In this document: in pieces, positions 51,933-59,650 of the stretch
Numbering within the stretch: position 1 is the stretch's first letter
Layout: each line of letters begins with the position of its first letter
Source: an uncultured Mediterranea sp.
Lineage (GTDB): Bacteria; Bacteroidota; Bacteroidia; Bacteroidales; Bacteroidaceae
DNA: 64,000 nt
Assembly (NCBI RefSeq): GCF_902493215.1
Contig: NZ_CABUOL010000012.1
Coordinates: forward strand, 5,527 to 69,526
Reading direction: 5' to 3'
Notes under the pieces: generated by a model
What the model saw: only the letters and a program-made list of their open reading frames with translations
Told to the model about the DNA's origin: nothing
Databases searched by the model: none
Program-made: the position numbers and the translations under genes

Positions 51933-52340
51933 ATGGGAAAACTGAAAGTCTATTACGGCTGGGCAAAAATAGGGAACGTCCGTAAAAAGCGTTCCCTATC
52001 TGTAATGTTCGAGAATGATATACAAGGATGCAGAAGTGACCGAGGGCAAAGGTGTTTGAGGACAATACAGGACACCGTAATAGAACGATACCAGACGGAT
52101 GAAGAAGAGAATGAAGGTAGGAAGCAGAACAGAATATTCACAGAATACAGTTTGTTCCTCGATGAGAAGCCTATCAATGGCAGTCTTGAGATATGCTTGC
52201 TGATTAACAGTGAAGCAGACATAAACCATGTTTCTAAGGCCATACGTGATAAGATTTCCGAAGCACTAAGAAAGGCTTTCCTTTTGGCCAATCCCGGTTA
52301 TAAAGAACCGAATAGTCAACTATCCTTATACCTTGAATGA
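51933..52340 (+). CDS. Hypothetical protein flanked by 23-bp palindromes
   Basis: 135-aa ORF; palindromes at 51888-51910 and 52341-52363. Confidence 0.65.
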   Translation: MGKLKVYYGWAKIGNVRKKRSLSVMFENDIQGCRSDRGQRCLRTIQDTVIERYQTDEEENEGRKQNRIFTEYSLFLDEKPINGSLEICLLINSEADINHVSKAIRDKISEALRKAFLLANPGYKEPNSQLSLYLE

Positions 52341-52487
52341 CTTTACCTAAAGTTTAGGTAAAGTGGAAAAAGCAAGAAAATATTATGGGAAAGCAAGAAA
52401 GCGTTATCGATTGGTTTCAGATGGTCAATTTTGCCAATGTGGCCGAGTCAGAGAAACGTTAAGAAGAACTTGTAAAATGAAAGAATA

Positions 52488-52706
52488 ATGGCGAACAAGA
52501 ACATTATGCCTCCAACCAAGGAGCGCAAGGCAGATACAACCAAGAATGGCAATGACTTATCTGAGTATATTGAACATCAGAAAAAACGTGAAAAACGGTT
52601 GTACCCATTACGGATTAATCAAACAACCGTCATATATGTCACTAAAGAGAAGCAGACAAGTGAGTATGCGGATTGGTATAGAAGAGAACGTTTAAAAATC
52701 AAATGA
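52488..52706 (+). CDS. Hypothetical phage protein
   Basis: Basic 72-aa ORF in a run of coupled genes. Confidence 0.6.
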   Translation: MANKNIMPPTKERKADTTKNGNDLSEYIEHQKKREKRLYPLRINQTTVIYVTKEKQTSEYADWYRRERLKIK

Positions 52707-52707
52707 T

Positions 52708-53067
52708 ATGGAACTGAATACTACAAAAGAAGACATGCTGGAGCGGTTCAGGCTCTACGGTGAGATTTACTGCACACTGGCTACTATGCCTGGTAATGAC
52801 TACATGTGTGATATCCGCATAGATGTTGATGAAATATGTGAAGTTTTGGATATTGACGAAGATGATATGGTCTTTGATTTCGGGGATGAAAGCGGAAGGT
52901 TGGACTTTATCGAAATTGAAGATGGCATGATGACCGTATGGTATTATGGATTTTCGGATGGGTGTAACAGAGGATGGACCATTATCCGCTTCCCAACCAA
53001 TACTATCCGTAAGCTGAATGATCTGCTGGAAAGATATGTGAAAGCATTGAAGGAGGAAGAGGTATGA
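52708..53067 (+). CDS. Acidic hypothetical phage protein
   Basis: Coupled ORF. Confidence 0.6.
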   Translation: MELNTTKEDMLERFRLYGEIYCTLATMPGNDYMCDIRIDVDEICEVLDIDEDDMVFDFGDESGRLDFIEIEDGMMTVWYYGFSDGCNRGWTIIRFPTNTIRKLNDLLERYVKALKEEEV

Positions 53068-53369
53068 GAAATGAAGACATGGACATCGGATTTGACCGTT
53101 ATATGACAATGAATAACGGAAATTACCGTGAGCATTATAGCGAGGAAAGTATAGATAATATGAAAACCGATTTCTTCGCCGGAGCTGAATGGCGCATCAA
53201 CAGCGTTTGGCATGACGCGAGCGAAATGCCGGAAAAGAAATTTGCGTTGGTTGAATACGATTGTTTTCCTAAAGGGCATGGATACTTGGTTGTCCCCGAC
53301 GTACGGGAAGTTATTGGTAGTATCACACGCTGGGCTTATATAGAAGACTTGATACCTATGGAGGATTGA
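53064..53369 (+). CDS. Hypothetical phage protein
   Basis: FFAGAEWRINSVWHDASEMP, ITRWAYIEDLIP; coupled ORF. Confidence 0.65.
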   Translation: MRNEDMDIGFDRYMTMNNGNYREHYSEESIDNMKTDFFAGAEWRINSVWHDASEMPEKKFALVEYDCFPKGHGYLVVPDVREVIGSITRWAYIEDLIPMED

Positions 53370-53845
53370 ATATGAGCATACTTGTACACGAAACGCAGTT
53401 ACAGCGTATAATCAGGAAGACTGGCCGCAGACCGGTGCAGTGCAAATGTCAGCATTGCAAGCAGCAATGTCATACCCCTTGCCTGGGTACACCGCAAGAT
53501 ATCCTCAAGCTTATCGAAGCCGGATATAAAGACAGACTTGCACCAACACAATGGTGTGTGGGCATCATTATGGGAGTTACTAATATGTCTATTCCGATGA
53601 TCCAGGCCAAACAAGAAGGAGACTGGTGTACGTTCTACAAGGATGGTTTGTGTGAACTGCACGATACCGGATTGAAGCCGACAGAGGGGAAATTGTCACA
53701 CCATAGTATTCGGATTGATAACTTCAAACCAAGTAAAAGCATTGCGTGGAATGTGGCCAAGGAATGGCTGAACGAAGAAAATGTTGAATGCATTGAGAAA
53801 ATATGCGATGCTATGGCAGCAGATAATGAAACGCAGTTGATATAA
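53366..53845 (+). CDS. Cys-cluster (YkgJ-like zinc/iron-chelating) protein
   Basis: CKCQHCKQQC..PC, CTFYKDGLCELH..KP. Confidence 0.6.
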   Translation: MNMSILVHETQLQRIIRKTGRRPVQCKCQHCKQQCHTPCLGTPQDILKLIEAGYKDRLAPTQWCVGIIMGVTNMSIPMIQAKQEGDWCTFYKDGLCELHDTGLKPTEGKLSHHSIRIDNFKPSKSIAWNVAKEWLNEENVECIEKICDAMAADNETQLI

Positions 53846-53849
53846 AGAT

Positions 53850-54422
53850 ATGAAGAACCTGAACGACCTAAGAGATAAAGCCTATCAGTGTGCAGTATCG
53901 CACGGATGGCATGAAGATAACCTAAGTGATGAACATTTCCTTTGCTTGGTTATATCCGAACTGATGGAGGCGGTGGAAGCGGACCGGAAAGGAATGCACG
54001 CTAAACGGGATAATTTTGAGTATTACATGAAACAGAGGAAACGTGATGATGGTGAATTTATGTATGTTTTCAAAATCGACATCAAAGACAGCGTGGAGGA
54101 TGAGCTTGCCGACGCCTGCATCCGACTGCTGGATCTGGCAGGATTGAGAAATGTAGATTTAGGTGAAGTCAATCTTGATGAATTGAAATGTTCAGAGGGG
54201 TTCTTTGACTGGACTTTTACAGAATCCATGTTCTTCTTGGTCTGCAACTTGACAAATACTGATTTCATTGAATCGCATTCCTTCGATAGTTATCTTCGAG
54301 TAGCTTTGATGGAAATCATGAGTTTCTGTGTGAAGAAAAACATCGACATTTTCTGGTTTATCGAACAGAAGATGAAGTACAACGAACTTCGCCCATTTAT
54401 GCACGGTGGGAAAGCATATTAA
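53850..54422 (+). CDS. MazG-like nucleotide pyrophosphohydrolase family protein
   Basis: LVISELMEAVEA, VEDELADACIRLLD, IEQKMKYNELR. Confidence 0.75.
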   Translation: MKNLNDLRDKAYQCAVSHGWHEDNLSDEHFLCLVISELMEAVEADRKGMHAKRDNFEYYMKQRKRDDGEFMYVFKIDIKDSVEDELADACIRLLDLAGLRNVDLGEVNLDELKCSEGFFDWTFTESMFFLVCNLTNTDFIESHSFDSYLRVALMEIMSFCVKKNIDIFWFIEQKMKYNELRPFMHGGKAY

Positions 54423-54473
54423 AAAAGGGAGCCAGCCCACACGATTAAAAGCCAACTCCCCCACACGATTATG
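54421..54473 (-). ncRNA. Candidate ~50-nt antisense sRNA
   Basis: Minus-strand -7 box TATATTTG (54477-84), then a hairpin and U6; carries two copies of UAAUCGUGUGG. Confidence 0.55.
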
Positions 54474-54510
54474 ATGCAAATATAAGAATTCCAATCAAAA
54501 TAATCGTGCT

Positions 54511-54948
54511 ATGACAAAAGAATTTTCATCAATCGTGGAGTTGAAATCAATACGTGAACAGAAATCAAGATTATCGGAACGTGAGCAGGAGTTATCATCC
54601 CCTATCCTGACTGATTTTACTTTCATTCCGGAGATTTATGAGTGGTTCAGAGAAATACTTTCCGATGCAGATTGTCCGTCCAATCCGGAAAGTGTTACCC
54701 AGCGAAAGAAGTTCCTCTTCATCGTGTTGTTCCTCTTCGCCCCCAGTGTGCTTGCCGGCGGGCGGCTGCCGAACGGCATCCGGGCAGAGATTTCAGGTGT
54801 CTTCCCGGATGTTTCCCCGTGTGTAATATCAAACAATATTGCTGATGTTTCCTTTATCTATCAGCAGTATAAGGATTTTCGTCAAGATATAGAGTACCTT
54901 TACAACCAAATATTAGAACGGCTGAAAAACAAAGGACTAATCAAGTAG
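54511..54948 (+). CDS. Hypothetical phage protein (possible regulator)
   Basis: 145-aa ORF at the end of the early/middle operon, followed by a terminator. Confidence 0.7.
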   Translation: MTKEFSSIVELKSIREQKSRLSEREQELSSPILTDFTFIPEIYEWFREILSDADCPSNPESVTQRKKFLFIVLFLFAPSVLAGGRLPNGIRAEISGVFPDVSPCVISNNIADVSFIYQQYKDFRQDIEYLYNQILERLKNKGLIK

Positions 54949-54949
54949 C

Positions 54950-54981
54950 TGCTGGTGCTGTATAAGCTCCAGCATTTTTTT
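54950..54981 (+). terminator. Intrinsic terminator
   Basis: tgctgg.gct..agc.ccagca hairpin plus T7. Confidence 0.65.
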
Positions 54982-54987
54982 ATTATT

Positions 54988-55043
54988 TGTAGCAAAAATG
55001 TTACAATAAAGTTTGCGTAATTGTAGCGAAAATGTTACCTTTG
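54988..55043 (+). promoter_or_regulatory. hicAB promoter with two operator-like dyads
   Basis: TTTG (55012-15), N20, TACCTTTG (55036-43); TGTAGC-N6-GTTAC at 54988 and 55022. Confidence 0.7.
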
Positions 55044-55066
55044 TATTGTTAAATAACAAAAGCGAT

Positions 55067-55249
55067 ATGAAATTTAGTGAAATGCACAGAAGACTTGAGC
55101 AGGCAGGCTGGTATATTTTCAAGGAAACAGACCACCGCTACTACGCTCACAAGGATTTTCCTTACTTGATTAAAGTCGGTCGGCATGGTAGTAAAGAAGT
55201 ACCGCCAAATGAGTTTAACAAAGTAATGAAGAAAGCAGGGCTAAAATAA
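55067..55249 (+). CDS. hicA: HicA-family toxin
   Basis: 60 aa: LEQAGW...H..Y.H....V..H.SKEVP...VMKKAGL. Confidence 0.85.
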   Translation: MKFSEMHRRLEQAGWYIFKETDHRYYAHKDFPYLIKVGRHGSKEVPPNEFNKVMKKAGLK

Positions 55250-55284
55250 GCCCTGCACTTCATTCCAACATAAATTGCACGATT

Positions 55285-55692
55285 ATGAAGAAAAAAGTAA
55301 AAGCAATCATCAGCAAGTCCGATACAGGGTTTGTTATTATGATGGAAGGGTTTGATTGGGCTATGTCCTATGGCGACACATTGGAGGAAGCTAAAGCGGA
55401 TTTTGAAAAATTTCCGCAGGAGTATATTGAAATGTCTAAGGAAGCAGGGAAGGAGATACCGCCTGAATTGAATAATGGCGAATTGGAGTTTGAATATGTT
55501 TATGATTTATCTGGCTTCTTTAAGCAGTTCCCGTTCATTTCGGCAACCGCATTGGCTAAAAGACTGGGAATAAATGAAGGGCTTATGAGGCGTTATAAGT
55601 CCGGTTGCGCTCCAGTAGGAGAAATGCAGAAAAAAAGGATATTGGATGGCATTCATGCCATTGGTAAAGAACTGCTTTCCGTTCAATTCTAA
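55285..55692 (+). CDS. hicB: HicB-family antitoxin with C-terminal HTH
   Basis: SYGDTLEEAK, ALAKRLGINEGLMRRYKSG; follows hicA. Confidence 0.85.
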   Translation: MKKKVKAIISKSDTGFVIMMEGFDWAMSYGDTLEEAKADFEKFPQEYIEMSKEAGKEIPPELNNGELEFEYVYDLSGFFKQFPFISATALAKRLGINEGLMRRYKSGCAPVGEMQKKRILDGIHAIGKELLSVQF

Positions 55693-55719
55693 GTCGCTTT
55701 TGTTATTGTACGAGAAAGT

Positions 55720-55750
55720 AAAAAGCCGGAGCATTATGCTTCCGGCTTTT
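55720..55750. terminator. Bidirectional terminator
   Basis: aaaaagccgga...tccggctttt between convergent genes. Confidence 0.75.
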
Positions 55751-55752
55751 GT

Positions 55753-56160
55753 CTATTTTCTATGTACTTCTATTATTTTACCTAAATGAAAAGCTATTTG
55801 CCAAAAAGCATATAAATCAGCACGTATCATATTTGGTATGAACCTAAAGCCGTCAACCTCTACTAAAGCCGTATCACGTTCTTTGGCATATCCAACGGCA
55901 ATATACAAATATTTGTAAGGTTTAGGTACAAACGGAAAATTTCCGTTATTATAATCGTCAATGAAATATTCTTTATCTGGTTGGGTTACATCAGGATTAA
56001 GAACATATTTGCCGTTTCTATCTTTGAGCAAATAACGATTTGCGGTAATACCCTCTTTGATTTCTCTATACTCTTCTTTCTTTGTACCTGCTATTATCTG
56101 GTCAAAATAAACTTGTTTTATAGGCAAGTAAAGAGTATTCTCTTTAGTAGGTGTTTCCAT
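55753..56160 (-). CDS. ASCH/PUA-like domain protein (copy 1)
   Basis: LYLPIKQVYFDQIIAGTKKEEYRE (GxKxxExR motif). Confidence 0.75.
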   Translation of the reverse strand: METPTKENTLYLPIKQVYFDQIIAGTKKEEYREIKEGITANRYLLKDRNGKYVLNPDVTQPDKEYFIDDYNNGNFPFVPKPYKYLYIAVGYAKERDTALVEVDGFRFIPNMIRADLYAFWQIAFHLGKIIEVHRK

Positions 56161-56162
56161 AA

Positions 56163-56420
56163 TTATTCTATTTTAAGATTTATATCTTTCCCACAATGAG
56201 GACAAGTCAAAGAGATACCATCCTTTTTGTGGTGTATTTCTTCTGGATTGGCAAAAAGCTGCCATGTTTCAACACCTAAAACCGATGCAAATTTTTTAAT
56301 AGTTTCTAATGTCGGATTTTTCATCAATCCATTAAGATTTTGTTTTTTGATACCTAATAAATCAGAGAAAGCGGTTTTAGTCAATCCTTTTTCTTTTAGT
56401 AATGCTTCAATATTATCCAT
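56163..56420 (-). CDS. XRE-family HTH regulator with C-terminal CPHCG zinc-ribbon-like motif
   Basis: LLKEKGLTKTAFSDLLGI..NPTLETIKKFASVLGVETWQLF. Confidence 0.85.
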   Translation of the reverse strand: MDNIEALLKEKGLTKTAFSDLLGIKKQNLNGLMKNPTLETIKKFASVLGVETWQLFANPEEIHHKKDGISLTCPHCGKDINLKIE

Positions 56421-56463
56421 ATCTGTAAATTTTAATGCTACAAAATTACTTATTCTTATATAT

Positions 56464-56552
56464 GTAATGTTATTTACATTACTAAATAATGTTAAGATAA
56501 AGATAAAGCATTACTTTTAATTTGCGTTGTAATGTTTTTAGCATTACATTTG
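56464..56552. promoter_or_regulatory. Divergent promoter with GTAATG-N7-CATTAC operators
   Basis: Perfect dyads at 56464-56482 and 56529-56547; TTTG (56521-24), N20, TACATTTG (56545-52). Confidence 0.75.
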
Positions 56553-56595
56553 CATCATCAAACAAGAAGTAATAACAATTTAACTACATACGATT

Positions 56596-56883
56596 ATGAA
56601 GACAATTAGTAGTGATTACATCAAAGAGATTAAGGCTCAAATCAGAGTTATCAATGAAGCTCTAAAAAGAATACAAGAAGCTGAAAAGATTCAGGATTCA
56701 GCAGTTAATAATAGAGAATATAACAAGGCGAAGAATGAAGCAATTGATGCAAGTTCAGATGTGATGATTGCATTAGAAGAAGCGGTAAGACTTGCATCAG
56801 CTATGGGTTGTGAAACTGGTCTGTATGACATAAATAAGTACCACAAGATTGTAGAATTTGATTTCAGAGATTCACATAAATAA
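56596..56883 (+). CDS. Hypothetical helical protein
   Basis: First gene after the XRE-controlled promoter. Confidence 0.65.
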   Translation: MKTISSDYIKEIKAQIRVINEALKRIQEAEKIQDSAVNNREYNKAKNEAIDASSDVMIALEEAVRLASAMGCETGLYDINKYHKIVEFDFRDSHK

Positions 56884-56927
56884 GTTCAACCAGCAGCCTT
56901 TCGGGGTTGCCACAATATAAGAGAATT

Positions 56928-57116
56928 ATGAGAGTAACAAGCTACATGAAAAGCCATAAGGCAAATGAGTTTTACGTGAAGAAGTCAAGAGGCTATTATA
57001 TGGTCATAGATGGCTATGATATGAGTGTGGCTTCTTTAGAAACTACCGAAGAAGCAGCTAATAAAACGGCTAAAGAGCTTAATGAAATGAGAGCTAAAAG
57101 ATTGAATATAGCATAA
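56928..57116 (+). CDS. Hypothetical protein
   Basis: ATG at 56928, MRVTSYMK... Confidence 0.6.
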   Translation: MRVTSYMKSHKANEFYVKKSRGYYMVIDGYDMSVASLETTEEAANKTAKELNEMRAKRLNIA

Positions 57117-57161
57117 GTTTAACCAGCAGGGCGAAAGCCCTGCATAATCCCCTACACGATT

Positions 57162-57803
57162 ATGAATACATATTACAAATTTTGTCCAAACGTATTTCTT
57201 GCTAAATGCGATGCTAAGCATGAAAAAGGTGAAACCATTCTTGTAACCACCAAATACGGCAAAGAGAATGAAAGCATAGTGTTTAATCTGATATTTGAAC
57301 GTGATGGCTTCTACTATTATTCGATAGTTCGCGTTGATGGCTTTAACGTTCAAGAATGGGCAAAGCGAAAGGCAGAACGTCGGCTGGATTGGGCTGCCAC
57401 TGCAGAACGAAAGAGTGAAGAATACTTCAAAGCGTCAAATAAAGACAGCGATTTTCTCTCGTTAGGTGAACCTATTAAAATCGGTCATCATAGCGAAAGA
57501 CGACACAGAAAAGCCATTGAAGATGCCTGGCATAATATGGGCAAAAGTGTAGAGCTTGACGAGAAAGCCAGAGAGCATGAAAGAATAGCTCAGTATTGGG
57601 CAAACAAGGCTGATACTATAAACCTTTCAATGCCTGAAAGCGTGGACTACTATGAGCATAAGTTAGCAGTAGCTAAAGAGTACCATGAGGGGCTGAAATC
57701 CGGCAAATATCCACGTGAGCACTCATACTCTTTGACGTATGCAAAGAAAGCAGTAAACGAAGCTCAAAAGAATTTTGACTTGGCAAAGAAACTTTGGTTA
57801 TAA
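57162..57803 (+). CDS. DUF3560-like protein
   Basis: LGEPIKIGHHSERRHRK signature (recall). Confidence 0.7.
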   Translation: MNTYYKFCPNVFLAKCDAKHEKGETILVTTKYGKENESIVFNLIFERDGFYYYSIVRVDGFNVQEWAKRKAERRLDWAATAERKSEEYFKASNKDSDFLSLGEPIKIGHHSERRHRKAIEDAWHNMGKSVELDEKAREHERIAQYWANKADTINLSMPESVDYYEHKLAVAKEYHEGLKSGKYPREHSYSLTYAKKAVNEAQKNFDLAKKLWL

Positions 57804-57841
57804 ACCCGGTAGCCTTCGGGCTACCACTATTTAAGATGGTT

Positions 57842-58015
57842 ATGAAAGAGAAAGAAATCCTGCAAGAAATAATCGAGTGGCTGGGTAATGATACCAGCTA
57901 CTTGTCTACAAGAACAGACTATGCCAGAGGGTATAAATCAGGTATAGAATGTGCAAAAGAAATTGTTGAAAGCATCATCAATAAACACGACCCTGATTTA
58001 TTATCAAACAATTAG
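57842..58015 (+). CDS. Hypothetical protein
   Basis: MKEKEILQEII...; start 57842 or 57836. Confidence 0.55.
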   Translation: MKEKEILQEIIEWLGNDTSYLSTRTDYARGYKSGIECAKEIVESIINKHDPDLLSNN

Positions 58016-58068
58016 CAAATTGTTTCGTATGCGTTGAATCGTTATTCAAAATTGTCTTCATAATGGGG

Positions 58069-58076
58069 TATCTTTG
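58069..58076 (+). promoter_or_regulatory. -7 promoter element 12 nt upstream of the tRNA
   Basis: TATCTTTG; no TTTG at -33, but a TTGAAT-N4-ATTCAA dyad at 58034-58049. Confidence 0.6.
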
Positions 58077-58088
58077 TATAGATACCAT

Positions 58089-58161
58089 CGCGGGTTAGAG
58101 CAGTGGTCAGCTCGTCACTTTGACTTGGTGAAGGCCGGTGGTTCGAATCCATCACCCGCAA
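58089..58161 (+). tRNA. Initiator-type tRNA scaffold with anticodon GAC (Val)
   Basis: 73-nt cloverleaf: C1xA72, G2-C71, C3-G70, A11-U24, A73; anticodon arm TCACT-TTGACTT-GGTGA; T arm GGTGG-TTCGAAT-CCATC; CCA not encoded. Confidence 0.85.
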
Positions 58162-58185
58162 CTAACATTTAAACTTTACACGATT

Positions 58186-58545
58186 ATGGAAATACTTACA
58201 CTTATCATCAAACAGAAGTTCTTTGACGAAATCTTGTCAGGCAAGAAAACACAAGAATTCAGAGAAATCAGGCCTACAACACAGAAGAAATACTGCCAGC
58301 TTGACGCTGATGGCTATTGTGTCGAGAAAGACGGTGTGTTACAGCCTAAGCATTACGATGCTATCCAGTTTTTTGTAGGCTACAATAAAGATAGAGCCAG
58401 CGCACTGGTAGAAGTCAAGGATGCAAAGATAGAGCTGTTTGAAGATGAAAATCACAATCTGATTGAATACACCTATCAGGGTGAGATATATCTGGCAGCA
58501 CAGGTCGTTTATGACCTTGGCAGAATTATTGAAAAGCATGTTTAA
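58186..58545 (+). CDS. ASCH/PUA-like domain protein (copy 2)
   Basis: LTLIIKQKFFDEILSGKKTQEFRE; ATG at 58186. Confidence 0.8.
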   Translation: MEILTLIIKQKFFDEILSGKKTQEFREIRPTTQKKYCQLDADGYCVEKDGVLQPKHYDAIQFFVGYNKDRASALVEVKDAKIELFEDENHNLIEYTYQGEIYLAAQVVYDLGRIIEKHV

Positions 58546-58564
58546 CACTTTAAATTTTCGTTGA

Positions 58565-58723
58565 GTCAGAACAAACAGAAGCACATTTTCAACTGGTGGC
58601 TACCGTGGTGGCCGTAGAGGTTTGACCACAGAGAATGGTGGTCTCTCTCAGGGTGGCAGATTTATCACCCGAAGACAGCAGTATTATAATGTCCGCACAG
58701 GACTTGGTATGAGTGGCGGATAA
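58565..58723 (+). CDS. Arg/Gly-rich 52-aa protein A, GTC start (proposed)
   Basis: VRTNRSTFSTGGYRGGRRGLTTENGGLSQGGRFITRRQQYYNVRTGLGMSGG*; in-frame TGA directly before the GTC; its stop overlaps the next ATG (TAATG). Confidence 0.7.
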   Translation, partial: VRTNRSTFSTGGYRGGRRGLTTENGGLSQGGRFITRRQQYYNVRTGLGMSGG

Positions 58724-59397
58724 TGACACTGCAAGAAAGGACATACAGCCATATTGACCTCGTCAGACAGAATACTGACGGGGTTTTGCTGTTTCTGTCG
58801 CTGGGTAAGGATTCTTTGGTATTGCTGGACATGATCTATCCGAAGTTTGATAGAATAGTCTGCGTGTTCATGTACTTTGTCAAAGGTTTAGAGCACATCG
58901 AAAGATGGATTGGATGGGTAAAAGCCAAATATCCGAAGATAGAGTTTGTTCAGGTACCCCACTGGAACCTTACCTACATTCTTCGCGGTGGCCTGTATTG
59001 TGTGCCAAACCACAAAGTGAAGCTTTTGAAGTTGGCCGATGTGGTGAAGGCCATGCAGCTCAGATATGGACTTTACTACACTTTCCTGGGCATGAAGAAG
59101 GCCGATGGCATGAACCGCCGCTTGATGCTGAAAGGCTATGAAGCCAATGGGTATGAGAACAACGGAATGTGCTATCCTCTGGCCGATTGGACACAGAAAG
59201 ACATTCTATCTTACATGAAGCAGAACAGCCTTCCGGAGCCTGTCAGATATTCGCTAAAGGCCAGTTCGGGTGTAGGCTTTAATCTGGATTGTATGCTATG
59301 GCTGGAGAAGAACTACCCGCAGGATTTACAGAGAATTTACAAGGTGTTCCCGATGGCTGAGAGAATCCTTTGGGAACATAAAAACAAACAAAATTAA
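58723..59397 (+). CDS. PP-loop / PAPS-reductase-like adenine nucleotide alpha hydrolase
   Basis: FLSLGKDSLVL, LGMKKADGMNRR, YPLADWTQKDILSYM. Confidence 0.8.
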   Translation: MTLQERTYSHIDLVRQNTDGVLLFLSLGKDSLVLLDMIYPKFDRIVCVFMYFVKGLEHIERWIGWVKAKYPKIEFVQVPHWNLTYILRGGLYCVPNHKVKLLKLADVVKAMQLRYGLYYTFLGMKKADGMNRRLMLKGYEANGYENNGMCYPLADWTQKDILSYMKQNSLPEPVRYSLKASSGVGFNLDCMLWLEKNYPQDLQRIYKVFPMAERILWEHKNKQN

Positions 59398-59412
59398 TAG
59401 GAGGAATGCAGA

Positions 59413-59649
59413 GTCAGAAGAAAAAGTTTAAATGATATTAATGCTCAAGCTGCAAGATTAAGAGCTCAGCTACAAGGAGCACAACGGTATGCAGATGGAA
59501 GTAATAGAGCTGCAAGAATTTCACAAGCAGCCGCACAAGCAAGAAGGGTTCGAGGAATGGGACTTCTTGGAGCAAGAGATTCATCAGGGAAATTGAGGGA
59601 TAGAACGACTCGGATTGGTACAGGCCGATTCGCTAATGTAAACGGATGA
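59413..59649 (+). CDS. Arg/Ala-rich 78-aa protein B, GTC start (proposed)
   Basis: VRRKSLNDINAQAARLRAQLQGAQRYADGSNRAARISQAAAQARRVRGMGLLGARDSSGKLRDRTTRIGTGRFANVNG*; fills the gap; AGGAGGA 7 nt upstream; in-frame TAA TAG upstream. Confidence 0.7.
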   Translation, partial: VRRKSLNDINAQAARLRAQLQGAQRYADGSNRAARISQAAAQARRVRGMGLLGARDSSGKLRDRTTRIGTGRFANVNG

Positions 59650-59650
59650 T

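Noticed and set aside
52445..52488. A fourth GAGTCAGA in the prophage (would give VRETLRRTCKMKE*, its stop overlapping the 52488 ATG)
   Set aside because: Only 13 codons, no SD, no terminal Gly, and it lies within an apparent truncated gene remnant (52385-52462). Treated as chance, but worth checking in Ribo-seq.
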